Shown one piece after another: positions 18,701-27,148 of a DNA stretch of 64,000 nt (within the stretch, counting starts at the first letter, position 1; every line of letters begins with the position of its first letter). The notes beneath the pieces were generated by a model, which was not told the origin of the DNA, did not search any database, and worked only from the letters and a program-made list of their open reading frames with translations. A program made the position numbers and the translations under genes. Source of the stretch: Bacteroidia bacterium (GTDB lineage Bacteria > Bacteroidota > Bacteroidia > Flavobacteriales_D > Cryomorphaceae); contig JAUICL010000004.1 in NCBI GenBank assembly GCA_030427905.1, forward strand, positions 151,722-215,721. Reading direction: 5' to 3'.

Positions 18701-19546
18701 AACCACGCCAATATCTTTTATTCGTACAGGCACATTGTCCTGCACGGCAACAACGGCCTTTTCAATGTCTTCGACTTTTTTAACATAGCCCAAACCACGT
18801 ACTAAGTATTCTGCTTGGTTGATCTCTATGGTTTTTGCTCCTACATCTTTATTCGATTTTTGAACTGCCTGCATTACTCTGTGCAAAGGGATGTCGTAAG
18901 CTTTGAGTGCATCAGGATTCACGTCTATTTGATACTCTTGCACAAATCCACCAATAGAGGCTACTTCTGAAACTCCTTCTGTTGCATTGAGTCCATACTT
19001 CACATAGAAGTCCTGAACCGTGCGGATTTCGTGTAAATCCCAACCACCAGTTGGGTTACCGTTTTTGTCTCTTCCTTCAATGGTGTACCAGTACACCTGA
19101 CCTAAAGCTGTAGCGTCAGGACCTAAGCTTGGCTGAACTCCATCGGGCAATAGTCCTGATGGTAATGAACTCAGTTTCTCCAGGATACGGGAGCGTGACC
19201 AATAGAACTCTACATCTTCCGAGAAGATGATATAGATGCTTGAAAAACCGAATATGGATGAGCTACGAATGGATTTTACACCAGGTATACCCAGCAAATA
19301 GGTGGTTAAAGGATAGGAGATTTGATCTTCAATGTCTTGTGGCGATCGACCTTGCCATTGGGTAAAAACGATTTGCTGGTTTTCGCCAATATCAGGTATA
19401 GCATCAACGGGTACAGGGTCAGACGGGAGAACGCCCACCTGCCAACCGAAAGGTGCGGTGATGATACCCCAGGCCACAAAACCTGTAAGGACAAGAACAG
19501 TAACCAACTTGTTCTCCAAGAAATATTTAATGATTCTATTAAGCAT
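15722..19546 (-). CDS. CusA/CzcA-family heavy-metal efflux RND permease (extended, 1274 aa)
   Basis: RND-type N-terminus (MLNRIIKYFLENKLVTVLV), 12 or more TM segments, and operon context with adaptor and OMF genes. Confidence 0.85.
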   Translation of the reverse strand: MLNRIIKYFLENKLVTVLVLTGFVAWGIITAPFGWQVGVLPSDPVPVDAIPDIGENQQIVFTQWQGRSPQDIEDQISYPLTTYLLGIPGVKSIRSSSIFGFSSIYIIFSEDVEFYWSRSRILEKLSSLPSGLLPDGVQPSLGPDATALGQVYWYTIEGRDKNGNPTGGWDLHEIRTVQDFYVKYGLNATEGVSEVASIGGFVQEYQIDVNPDALKAYDIPLHRVMQAVQKSNKDVGAKTIEINQAEYLVRGLGYVKKVEDIEKAVVAVQDNVPVRIKDIGVVSLGPATRRGLLDKDGAEVVGGVVVARYGANPLQVINNVKEKIKEIAPGLPQKILADGRESQLTIVPFYDRSELIYETLGTLEEAISLQVLITILVVIVMVYNLRASFLISSILPIAVLMVFIAMRYFEVDANIVALSGIAIAIGTMVDLGVILSENIIKHIDEAPPGQKLINTIYNGASEVATAILTAVSTTIVSFIPVFTMQAAEGKLFGPLAFTKTFALIAALLVSLLIMPTLAHWFFGFKIKNNLLKKYGSYSLVIIGVVALAFGQVWGGVMLFLFGVIGILKQFLNANSKNFPKPVFFLYQYAELIIVLIGVTWLLAKYWLPLGASKSLPINFAFVAILVAVILGSFTLLEYEYKRILHWCLNNKTKFLVIPSLLILLAANIWLGFNTVFGFVSKGFESVGWNINKTKAWSELAHTFPGIGKEFMPSLDEGSFLLMPTSMPHSGMEYNRRVVGQLDMLLTNIPEVELTVGKLGRVESALDPAPISMYENVINYKSEYILNKKGHRQRFKVGDNNHFITVSGDTLSNQEGLEQGIDASDLIADDNGKYYRNWREYIQSPDDIWNEIIKVTKIPGVTSAPKLQPIETRLVMLQTGMRAPMGIKVYGPELRTIEDFGLQLESILKEVPSVKREAVFADRIVGKPYLHLNINRDEISRYGLNIEDVQQTIETAIGGMKITSTVEGRERFPVRVRYPRELRDDPSALGKILMATPTGAQIPLSQIIDFKYVRGPQAIKSEETFLVGYVLFDKMDGFSEVTVVNDAQQAIQKKIDSGELTVPSGVSYKFSGSYENQVRAEKRLSIIVPLVLGIVFLILYFQFKSVSTSLMVFTGIAMAFSGGFIILWLYGQTWFADFSIFGTNFRDLFQIHTINLSVAVWVGFIALFGIATDDGVLMATYLDQSFKRNKTDHLKGIRAATVEAGQRRIKPAVMTSATTIIALLPILTSTGRGSDIMIPMAIPAFGGMLFAAITYFIVPVLYCWREERKIKKAQS

Positions 19547-19649
19547 AATACAATTGATGTTGATTGAACAGAAAAGGAATGTTCAATGGCAAGAAATGCC
19601 AAATTGCTCAGCGATCTATTGACCGAGAGCATCAAATTGTATTAATGGC

Positions 19650-20078
19650 TTAAATCAAGAAGGTTTGAAAAAGAACTTGAACGTCTCTTTCAAAGAAGGG
19701 AGGGGGATATTCTGAATATAGTGATTGCCCTTTGTCAACAAAGAACAGAGGTTGTATAAAAACCTGAACAAAGGCAGCAAAGAAAAAAGGATTAACTACA
19801 GATGTAGAGGGCTGAGTTTTTGCAATGTCATCTGTTTGAATTACTTGATGCTGATTTTCACAGCAAGGCTTAGCTTTAATCTGCTCTTCTTCAGATGGCA
19901 TGTTCTCGCATTCCTGTTCCATATCTTCCATGCCGCAGTCAGGATTTCCTAAGCCCAGGGTAAAAGTAGTCTCTACCGCTTGACCGCCACAAAAATGTGT
20001 ATTCATAGCAAAACCAATGTTGGAAACCAACATGAGTAAAGCGAGTGATATGGCAATTACTTTTTTCAAGATTTTCAA
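19650..20078 (-). CDS. small secreted Cys/His protein upstream of the RND pump (HYC_CC_PP-like, recalled from memory)
   Basis: Signal peptide, then HFCGG, KPCCENQH and YPPPFF motifs in that order. Confidence 0.5.
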   Translation of the reverse strand: MKILKKVIAISLALLMLVSNIGFAMNTHFCGGQAVETTFTLGLGNPDCGMEDMEQECENMPSEEEQIKAKPCCENQHQVIQTDDIAKTQPSTSVVNPFFFAAFVQVFIQPLFFVDKGQSLYSEYPPPFFERDVQVLFQTFLI

Positions 20079-20125
20079 AGATACGAAATTACAAATTGAG
20101 TGTTTTACAGAATTTTGACTTTGGT

Positions 20126-20881
20126 TTACAAGATTTGGTAACTAAAAAGCATAAATACGGCCATTCCTACCATGGTTAAATCTTCGACAATGGTTACAGT
20201 ACTCATGGGTAAGTTAAATACATCTCCAAGGCAGGCACATCTGATTTTTTTCTTATCAAGGTTGCTCTTTATAACTCCAATACTGCTTACTCCTAAAATA
20301 ATGGCAGTACTGATGTTCGTTGCAAGTGGTGCCAGGTTAATTAAATATAAAACTCCAAGGGTTAATTCCACGAAGGGGTAGATATATCCCCAAGCCGACC
20401 ATCTAGCAGCAATTATGTCATACATTTTGTAGGAGTCTGCAAAGCCTTTTAGGTTTAATAGTTTAAAAAAGGCGAAGACAATGAAAAAGCCCGCCATAAA
20501 GTGGCGCATCCACAACATCCCCGAAAATTCATTGAATGGGTATTGGCTCAAAGCTGTTACCACAGCAATGAACCCTACAATAAGGATCAGTGGTTTGTAG
20601 GTGGTAATGGACTTCTCAGCGAGTGGTTCTTGTTTTTTGATCTTAGGGAGCGGAGCTTGTACGGTCTCTTGATATTCTTCAGAAATGGCATAGTTCCCTA
20701 CCTTTTTTAATGCCAGATTAATTTCTCCAAGGTCTAAAGATTCATCGGAGATAATCTTTGCCTGTGGGTATTCCAGTTGAATAGCGGCTTCTTGTATCTC
20801 TTCGATTCCATTGATCGTTCTCTTCACTTTGGCCAAACAGCCAGTGCAAGTCATTCCGGTAATTGTATATTCTTTGGTCAT
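20126..20881 (-). CDS. HMA domain fused to a MauE/DoxX-like membrane protein
   Basis: N-terminal YTITGMTCTGCLAKVK, then four to five TM helices with a conserved Cys pair (CAC). Confidence 0.65.
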   Translation of the reverse strand: MTKEYTITGMTCTGCLAKVKRTINGIEEIQEAAIQLEYPQAKIISDESLDLGEINLALKKVGNYAISEEYQETVQAPLPKIKKQEPLAEKSITTYKPLILIVGFIAVVTALSQYPFNEFSGMLWMRHFMAGFFIVFAFFKLLNLKGFADSYKMYDIIAARWSAWGYIYPFVELTLGVLYLINLAPLATNISTAIILGVSSIGVIKSNLDKKKIRCACLGDVFNLPMSTVTIVEDLTMVGMAVFMLFSYQIL

Positions 20882-20886
20882 CTTGT

Positions 20887-20908
20887 TATCGTATTAATTG
20901 TCACGATA
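20887..20908. promoter_or_regulatory. inverted repeat TATCGT-n10-ACGATA just upstream of 20126..20881
   Basis: A 6-bp perfect arm pair lies 6 nt upstream of the start codon and downstream of the AraC-family gene. Function unknown. Confidence 0.25.
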
Positions 20909-20973
20909 CAAAGATGATCGGTAAGCTGCTTGTGGCTGTTACACAATTTTGAAAAAGGCTTATGAGATTTTGA

Positions 20974-21543
20974 TCACAGCTGATCCAGTGATTGCCGTCC
21001 CGGATTTCTCATTTTCTTAAAAGCTGTGGGGGTCATGCCCGTCTCTTTTTTGAATTGGGCGGATAGATGGGCTACACTGCTGTAGTCCATTTGATGAGCA
21101 ATCTCTGAGAGCGTTAGCTCATTGTAAAAGATGAGCTCTTTCACTCGCTCTACTTTTTGTTTAAGGATAAACCGCTCAATAGTGACTCCTTCGACAGAAG
21201 AGAAAAGCCTGCTGAGAGAAGAATACTCCTGGTGCAGTTTATCAGCTATTAGGGTAGAGAAATTGATATTTAAGGCTTCTTTGTTGTGATGAATTTGATC
21301 TACAATGATCGCTTTGATCTGTCCGATCAGTTTCGACTTTTGATCTTGAAGCAACTCAAAGCCTCGTGCTGCCAGTAGTTCCTCCAGCTGTGATTTCTGA
21401 TCACTCGTGATGTTGTTTGGTGTATGAACTTCTCCGAGTTCAATGGAGGAGGTTTCTATATTCAGGTTATCCAAAATGTCCTTCACTGTGTCAATACAGC
21501 GAGGACAAACCATGTTTTTTATGTAGAGGGTGTTTAGCTTCAT
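20974..21543 (-). CDS. AraC-family transcriptional regulator with an HMA-like N-terminal domain
   Basis: N-terminal MVCPRCIDTVKDIL; C-terminal AraC HTH (LSEIAHQMDYSSVAHLSAQFKKETGMTPTAFKK). Confidence 0.8.
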   Translation of the reverse strand: MKLNTLYIKNMVCPRCIDTVKDILDNLNIETSSIELGEVHTPNNITSDQKSQLEELLAARGFELLQDQKSKLIGQIKAIIVDQIHHNKEALNINFSTLIADKLHQEYSSLSRLFSSVEGVTIERFILKQKVERVKELIFYNELTLSEIAHQMDYSSVAHLSAQFKKETGMTPTAFKKMRNPGRQSLDQL

Positions 21544-21588
21544 TTTGTTTTAATCTGATATTTTTTCATCACTTATCAAATGATTTGA

Positions 21589-22482
21589 TCAACAATCCTC
21601 CAACTCACAGTTTTCACCCTGTGCTTCAAACTCTATGGTAATGTGATTAATCGATTCATCTTTTAATTGTGTTCTTACTTGCTCTTTGAGCTTAGCTTGT
21701 TCTGAAAGTTTGTAGTCTTTATCTAGTCGAAGGTGAAGTGTAAGAATGTTGTACTGGCCGTCCATCGACCATGCGTGGCAGTCATGGATGTCAGTAACTT
21801 TTGATATGTTCTTGAGCTTTTGCCGAATGTCGTCAATGGAAATTTCCTCGGGAATGCCCTGAAGAATTACTAAAAGGCTCTTTTTGAGGTTTTTGTAAAC
21901 ATTGTACAAAACAAAAAGCGAGATTAGTACTGAGAGTAACGGATCTATAAATGGTGCATCTGTATACATCATAATGACACTACCTATAAGAACGGCCACC
22001 CATCCCAAGACATCTTCTAAAAGATGTAGTGAAACTACTTTTTCATTCAGAGATTCTCCTTTTCGGAGTTTGAAAACAGCTGCACCATTTACTACTATTC
22101 CCAAAATCGATAGATAGAGCATGCCTTCAACATTTGTTTCCCCAGGATTAAAGAGTTCAGGAATCGCTTTTGTCAGGATGAATATTGACCCTGCCACTAA
22201 CACAATCGAATTGATTATCGCACCAAGCAATGAGAATCGTTTGTACCCGTAAGAGAATGTCTTGGTTCTACCTTTCTTGGATAGCTTCTGAAAGTACCAC
22301 GAAAGTCCTAAACTGAGGCTATCTCCTAAATCATGCAGTGCATCCGACAGGATAGCCAAACTATTGGTATAGAGACCACCAATGATCTCAATGATTGTAA
22401 AGGCAAGGTTGAGAAAGAAGGCTACTTTTACATTGCCCTCTGAATAATTATGTGAATGATTGTGATTATGTCCCATAATCAT
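21589..22482 (-). CDS. czcD: cation diffusion facilitator (CzcD/ZitB-like) transporter
   Basis: His-rich N-terminus (GHNHNHSHNY), six TM segments with HDLGDS, and a C-terminal cytoplasmic domain. The start at 22482 overlaps the upstream stop as ATGA. Confidence 0.8.
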   Translation of the reverse strand: MIMGHNHNHSHNYSEGNVKVAFFLNLAFTIIEIIGGLYTNSLAILSDALHDLGDSLSLGLSWYFQKLSKKGRTKTFSYGYKRFSLLGAIINSIVLVAGSIFILTKAIPELFNPGETNVEGMLYLSILGIVVNGAAVFKLRKGESLNEKVVSLHLLEDVLGWVAVLIGSVIMMYTDAPFIDPLLSVLISLFVLYNVYKNLKKSLLVILQGIPEEISIDDIRQKLKNISKVTDIHDCHAWSMDGQYNILTLHLRLDKDYKLSEQAKLKEQVRTQLKDESINHITIEFEAQGENCELEDC

Positions 22483-23270
22483 TTTGCCAATTTCAGTATT
22501 CGAAAAGCACCACGCATAACAAAGGAGAAAACAACACCACCAACAACCAGATCCGGCCATTTACTTTTTAGAAAATAAACCAGAATCCCAGCTAGTATTA
22601 CCCCTCCATTCACTATAATATCATTAGATGTAAATATCGCACTGGCCTGCATGTGAGCTTCATCACTTTTAGCTTTGTTGATCAGCCAAAGCGAGACCAA
22701 GTTACCAATTAAGGCAAGTACCGAAATGATGATCATCCATTGAAACAGCGGTGTTTCGCTTTCGCTGAAAAACCTGCGCAAAACTTCTGAAAAACCTAAC
22801 AGAGCCAATCCCATCTGAAAATAGCCACTGATTTTGGCTACTTTCTTCTTACGAGAAATAGCTGCACCGACAGCAAATAAGCTCAGGCCGTAGACGATGG
22901 AATCTGCCAGCATATCCAGCGAGTCAGCCACCAGACCCATGGAGCTGGATATCCATCCGGTGGTCATTTCGGCTACAAAAAAACCAAAATTGATGCCCAG
23001 CACCCACCACAGTATTTTCTTGTGCTTGGTCTCGTCTTCGGCAATGGGCATTTCTGCCTCAGAGGTACCTTGTAGTTGATCGTTGAGGTTTAGTTCACTG
23101 ATAGCATTTTGTATAGGCAATACTTCATCCTGATGAAATACTTCCAGCTTGCGTGCCGGGATATCAAACTCCAGGTGCTTTACCTGGCTCAGAGGTTCCA
23201 GCTTCATACGGATCATTTGCTCCTCGGAGGGGCAGTCCATCTTGGTTATTTTGAATGTGCTTTTATTCAA
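22479..23270 (-). CDS. HMA-domain-fused cation efflux transporter (paralog of 5338..6144)
   Basis: ITKMDCPSEEQMIRMKL followed by a TM core that is highly similar to the paralog. Confidence 0.7.
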   Translation of the reverse strand: MNKSTFKITKMDCPSEEQMIRMKLEPLSQVKHLEFDIPARKLEVFHQDEVLPIQNAISELNLNDQLQGTSEAEMPIAEDETKHKKILWWVLGINFGFFVAEMTTGWISSSMGLVADSLDMLADSIVYGLSLFAVGAAISRKKKVAKISGYFQMGLALLGFSEVLRRFFSESETPLFQWMIIISVLALIGNLVSLWLINKAKSDEAHMQASAIFTSNDIIVNGGVILAGILVYFLKSKWPDLVVGGVVFSFVMRGAFRILKLAK

Positions 23271-23275
23271 TTTTC

Positions 23276-25774
23276 TTATTCTTTATAAGCTAACAATCTC
23301 AGCGCATTAAAGACTACAACCAAGGTTGAACCTTCATGAATAAGCACTGCAATACCGATATTTGCAAATCCGAAAATTGTGGCAGGTATTAATAGAGCAA
23401 CTATTCCCAGACTCACCCACAGGTTTTGCTTGATAATGCCTTTTGACTTCCTGCTTAAACCGATAGCGAAGGGCAGTGTTTCCAGCTTATCGGCCATCAG
23501 GGCAATGTCAGCTGTTTCCAGAGCCACATCACTTCCTGCCGCTCCCATGGCTATGCCCACCGTACTGTTGGCCATGGCCGGGGCATCATTCACGCCATCG
23601 CCTACCATGGCTACTTTGTCTTCTTTTTGTCTAAGCTCTTTAATGGCTTCTACTTTTTCTTCTGGTAGCAAACTGCCCCAGGCATCTGTAAGGCCTATTT
23701 CTTTAGCTACCGCATCGGCCACTTTCTGGTTGTCACCGGTGAGCATGATCATGCGTTTGATACCGATCTTTTTCAATTGCTCTAAGGTATTTTTTGCTTC
23801 TTCTCTTGGCGTATCCATCAGGGCGATGATGCCTATGTAATCGTCATTCTGCCGGATGAGCATGGTAGTATTGCCATCAGACTCTAAGGATTTTACTTTT
23901 TCTTCTATTTCCTCTGGTGGCTTCTTATCATCCAGCGACTCAAACAGGTCCAGGTTGCCAATGTAGACTTTGTCACTTCCCAATGTGGCCTTGATCCCTT
24001 TCCCAAGCACTGCCTCAAGGTCTTTCGCCTCAGGTATGTCAGCACCCTTCAGTCGTTCTTTCCCGTCACGCACTACGGCCTTTGCAAGTGGGTGATCACT
24101 AAGACCCTCTACCGCAACTGCTATCCTCAGTAGTTCCTCTTCATTCACATCACCCAGGGCTACCACTTCGGTTAACTTAGGCTTCCCTTCTGTTAGGGTG
24201 CCGGTCTTATCAAAAGCCAGGGCAGTAAGTACGCCTAAGTCTTCCAATGGCCGGCCACCTTTGATAAGCACCCCACTTTTGGCTGCTCGGGCTACTCCAC
24301 TGAGCACCGCACTCGGAGTGGCAATAGCCAAAGCACAAGGGCTGGCAGCTACCAGCACGGCCATGGCACGGTAGAAGCTTTCGCTAAAAGTTTCATCAAT
24401 AACTAAAAAAGCGAAATGGAGCAATACTACCAGTACCAATACAGCAGGCACAAAATATTTCTCAAACTTATCTGTAAGTTGCTGGGTAGGCGATTTCTGG
24501 GTCTGGGCTTCATTGACCAGTTTCACCAGACGAGAGAGTGTAGAGTCCTTCGCTACTTTTATCACTTTGATTTCCAGTGTATTGTTTCCATTGATTGTAC
24601 CAGAAAAGGCACGGTTCTCGTCCTTAATGTCTTTTTCCTGTGACCAGTCTTTATCGGGATCATCCACAGGTTCTTTATCCACTGGTACACTTTCCCCGGT
24701 AATAGGTGCTTGATTTACGCTACTCCGACCATCCACTACTACACCATCGGCTGAAATTTTGCTATTAGGCTTCACTACGATGATGTCTCCAATGCTCAGT
24801 TCTTCTATACCTACTTCTTCTGTTTTTCCATTTCTCTTGAGCAAGCCGGTTTTGGGGGCCAGTTCTGCCAAAGCAGCAATAGATTTACGGGCCTTGTTCA
24901 TGGTATAATGCTCCAGAGCATGACCCATGCTGAACAGGAACAGTAACAGGGCACCTTCTGCCCATTCACCCAGAATAGCCGCACCAATTGCTGCAACCAG
25001 CATTAGGAAATCTATCTCAAAGCCGCCTTTGGTAACTGTTTGAATAGCTTCTTTAGCGGTAAAAAAGCCACCAAAGAAATATGCTGCGATGTAGAGCGTC
25101 AAGCTTACCCATGAAGGAATAGCTTCAACAAAGGACAGCCCAAAACCAGTGCCGAGCAGTGCCCCGCAGATGATGGAAAAGATCAGCTCTGTATTTTTGC
25201 CAAAAATACCACCGTGTGAGTGGTCATGATCTTCACTTTCCTCATGTGAATGCTCATTCTCCTTTTCTTGGGTTTCCTGTTGTTCAGATTTCTTGGCTTG
25301 CTGAAGAAATCGCTCAGCACTTACCTGCGTATCCGGTATATCAAGACCGTCCTTCCTTAACGATTTCAGTATCTCCGCTTCATCTATTTTGGTGGTATCA
25401 AATTCCAAACGCACCATGCCGGAACCCGAGACAGCCGCTTCCAGAATGCCCGCTTTGCTTCTAATGTTTCGCTCTATGTTACGGGCATGGCGGGTATGCC
25501 GTATCCCCTCTACTTCTATGAGTTTATGCCCAAATATTTTGGTGATCTCTGCCCCGGTTTGCTCCGCTAGTTTTTGGATTCGGTCAATTGATATTACCTC
25601 AGGATCATAATGGAAGCAGAGTTGTGGCACACCATTGTCGGTTTCATCTGCTACATGTACTTTTTCAAGACCGTCCTTGTCCTGAAGCTTTTGGATTAGT
25701 TTATTAACACATTGATCTTTTTCATCCGGTACTTCGGGCAGGATGAGTGGTATTTTTATTTGTAGTTTTTTCAT
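23276..25774 (-). CDS. heavy-metal P1B-type ATPase (SPC motif; Zn/Cd/Co-type candidate)
   Basis: DKTGTLT, AASPCALAIATP, GDGVNDAP, N-terminal metal-binding-like domains and an HSHEESEDHDHSH stretch. Confidence 0.85.
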   Translation of the reverse strand: MKKLQIKIPLILPEVPDEKDQCVNKLIQKLQDKDGLEKVHVADETDNGVPQLCFHYDPEVISIDRIQKLAEQTGAEITKIFGHKLIEVEGIRHTRHARNIERNIRSKAGILEAAVSGSGMVRLEFDTTKIDEAEILKSLRKDGLDIPDTQVSAERFLQQAKKSEQQETQEKENEHSHEESEDHDHSHGGIFGKNTELIFSIICGALLGTGFGLSFVEAIPSWVSLTLYIAAYFFGGFFTAKEAIQTVTKGGFEIDFLMLVAAIGAAILGEWAEGALLLFLFSMGHALEHYTMNKARKSIAALAELAPKTGLLKRNGKTEEVGIEELSIGDIIVVKPNSKISADGVVVDGRSSVNQAPITGESVPVDKEPVDDPDKDWSQEKDIKDENRAFSGTINGNNTLEIKVIKVAKDSTLSRLVKLVNEAQTQKSPTQQLTDKFEKYFVPAVLVLVVLLHFAFLVIDETFSESFYRAMAVLVAASPCALAIATPSAVLSGVARAAKSGVLIKGGRPLEDLGVLTALAFDKTGTLTEGKPKLTEVVALGDVNEEELLRIAVAVEGLSDHPLAKAVVRDGKERLKGADIPEAKDLEAVLGKGIKATLGSDKVYIGNLDLFESLDDKKPPEEIEEKVKSLESDGNTTMLIRQNDDYIGIIALMDTPREEAKNTLEQLKKIGIKRMIMLTGDNQKVADAVAKEIGLTDAWGSLLPEEKVEAIKELRQKEDKVAMVGDGVNDAPAMANSTVGIAMGAAGSDVALETADIALMADKLETLPFAIGLSRKSKGIIKQNLWVSLGIVALLIPATIFGFANIGIAVLIHEGSTLVVVFNALRLLAYKE

Positions 25775-25848
25775 TGAGTTTAGCTTGATAATGCATATTG
25801 TCTTTCAGTCCGTTTACTGAGTAATCACGTTATCAGTAGGTTTGACAT

Positions 25849-27120
25849 TTAATGCTCATGGGATGTTTCTCCTTTTTTCATCTCCGAAATGAGATAGTAG
25901 GCATTGTTCCAAGCTACCTTTGTACCCTTGGGCAGCGGTTCCAGCAGATTGATTTCTATCCACCCTTCATCGGAGTTACCTGTCCGTATTTCCACCGGCT
26001 TAAAGGCCCATTCGGTTTCGCCATCTTCATTGTGCTGTTCTGCGATAAAAATGTAAGGCTTGCCATCTTCTTCAATTACAGCCCCTTCGGGCAATGCGGT
26101 AATCGCATCATTAGAGGTATGTATTTTCCCATTGATGTACATGCCCGGAATCAGGAAATCCTTCTTTTGGTCTATCTCGGCATGAACATGCACTGCTTTA
26201 GGGTTTTCCTCAAACTGCTTGCCCACCGAATAAATTTTGGCGGTAAGCTGGGTACCCGGAACAGACTCCACGGTGAATGAGATTTTTTGGCCTTCTTTTA
26301 CCTTATGCACGTCTTTTTCAAAAACCATTAAATCTGCGTGGATGTGCTTGGTATTTACAATTTGGAACATACCCGTTTGGGGCTGGATATACTGCCCGAT
26401 TTGTACCAGCACTTTTTCAATATAGCCGTCAATGGGGCTCACCACCGGGATGTTGTCATAAATTTCCCCCTTGCGGATTTTATCTACAGTGAGGTTCAGT
26501 TGTTTCAATTGTGATTCATAGCCCTTCACTTCACCTTTCAGAGATAGGTATTCGGCTTTGGTTTCCTGAAAGGTTTTTCCAGAACCAACTTCTTCCTCAT
26601 AAAGCTTCTTCTGTCTATTAAATTCCTGCTCAAGGTATTCACTGCTGTTGTAGGCACGTAAATACTCGGTCTGCACTTTAGAAAGATCAGGATGGCTGAG
26701 ATAAGCCAACACCTGCCCCTTGCTCACTTTGTCTCCCTCTATCACCTTTATGGCTGTAATGTTTCCACCTAAAATGGCCGTCACCGTAGCCTCGTGCTGT
26801 GGTGGTACCTCCAGCTGACCATTGGCGTACACAACCCCCGATAATGGCCGTGTGGGCAGGGTGTCCACTTTCACGCCAAGGCTCTGAAACTTGAGGTTGG
26901 AAAGATGCACTTCGCCCATGCCTTCTTCGCCTCCATGCTCTTCATGGCCTTCTTCACCGTGGCCCTCATGGCCGCCTTCCTCATCATTGTGGCCATCGTG
27001 TAATTCTTGTTGTTCACCCTCCTTGTGATCGTGGCCTTCTTCCGAAGCATTGTTTCCACAAGCCCCTATAAATATGGCCAGTAGAGCCAGCGCGAAAAAA
27101 TTTATGATTTGCTTTTTCAT
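25849..27120 (-). CDS. efflux RND periplasmic adaptor subunit with a His/Glu-rich N-terminal region
   Basis: Lipoprotein-like start (MKKQIINFFALALLAIFIGACGN at 27120), an HDHKEGEQQELHDGHNDEEGGHEGHGEEGHEEHGGEEG stretch, and a typical MFP core. Confidence 0.8.
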   Translation of the reverse strand: MKKQIINFFALALLAIFIGACGNNASEEGHDHKEGEQQELHDGHNDEEGGHEGHGEEGHEEHGGEEGMGEVHLSNLKFQSLGVKVDTLPTRPLSGVVYANGQLEVPPQHEATVTAILGGNITAIKVIEGDKVSKGQVLAYLSHPDLSKVQTEYLRAYNSSEYLEQEFNRQKKLYEEEVGSGKTFQETKAEYLSLKGEVKGYESQLKQLNLTVDKIRKGEIYDNIPVVSPIDGYIEKVLVQIGQYIQPQTGMFQIVNTKHIHADLMVFEKDVHKVKEGQKISFTVESVPGTQLTAKIYSVGKQFEENPKAVHVHAEIDQKKDFLIPGMYINGKIHTSNDAITALPEGAVIEEDGKPYIFIAEQHNEDGETEWAFKPVEIRTGNSDEGWIEINLLEPLPKGTKVAWNNAYYLISEMKKGETSHEH

Positions 27121-27148
27121 GTCGTTTATATTTAATCCGTTTCCAGTT

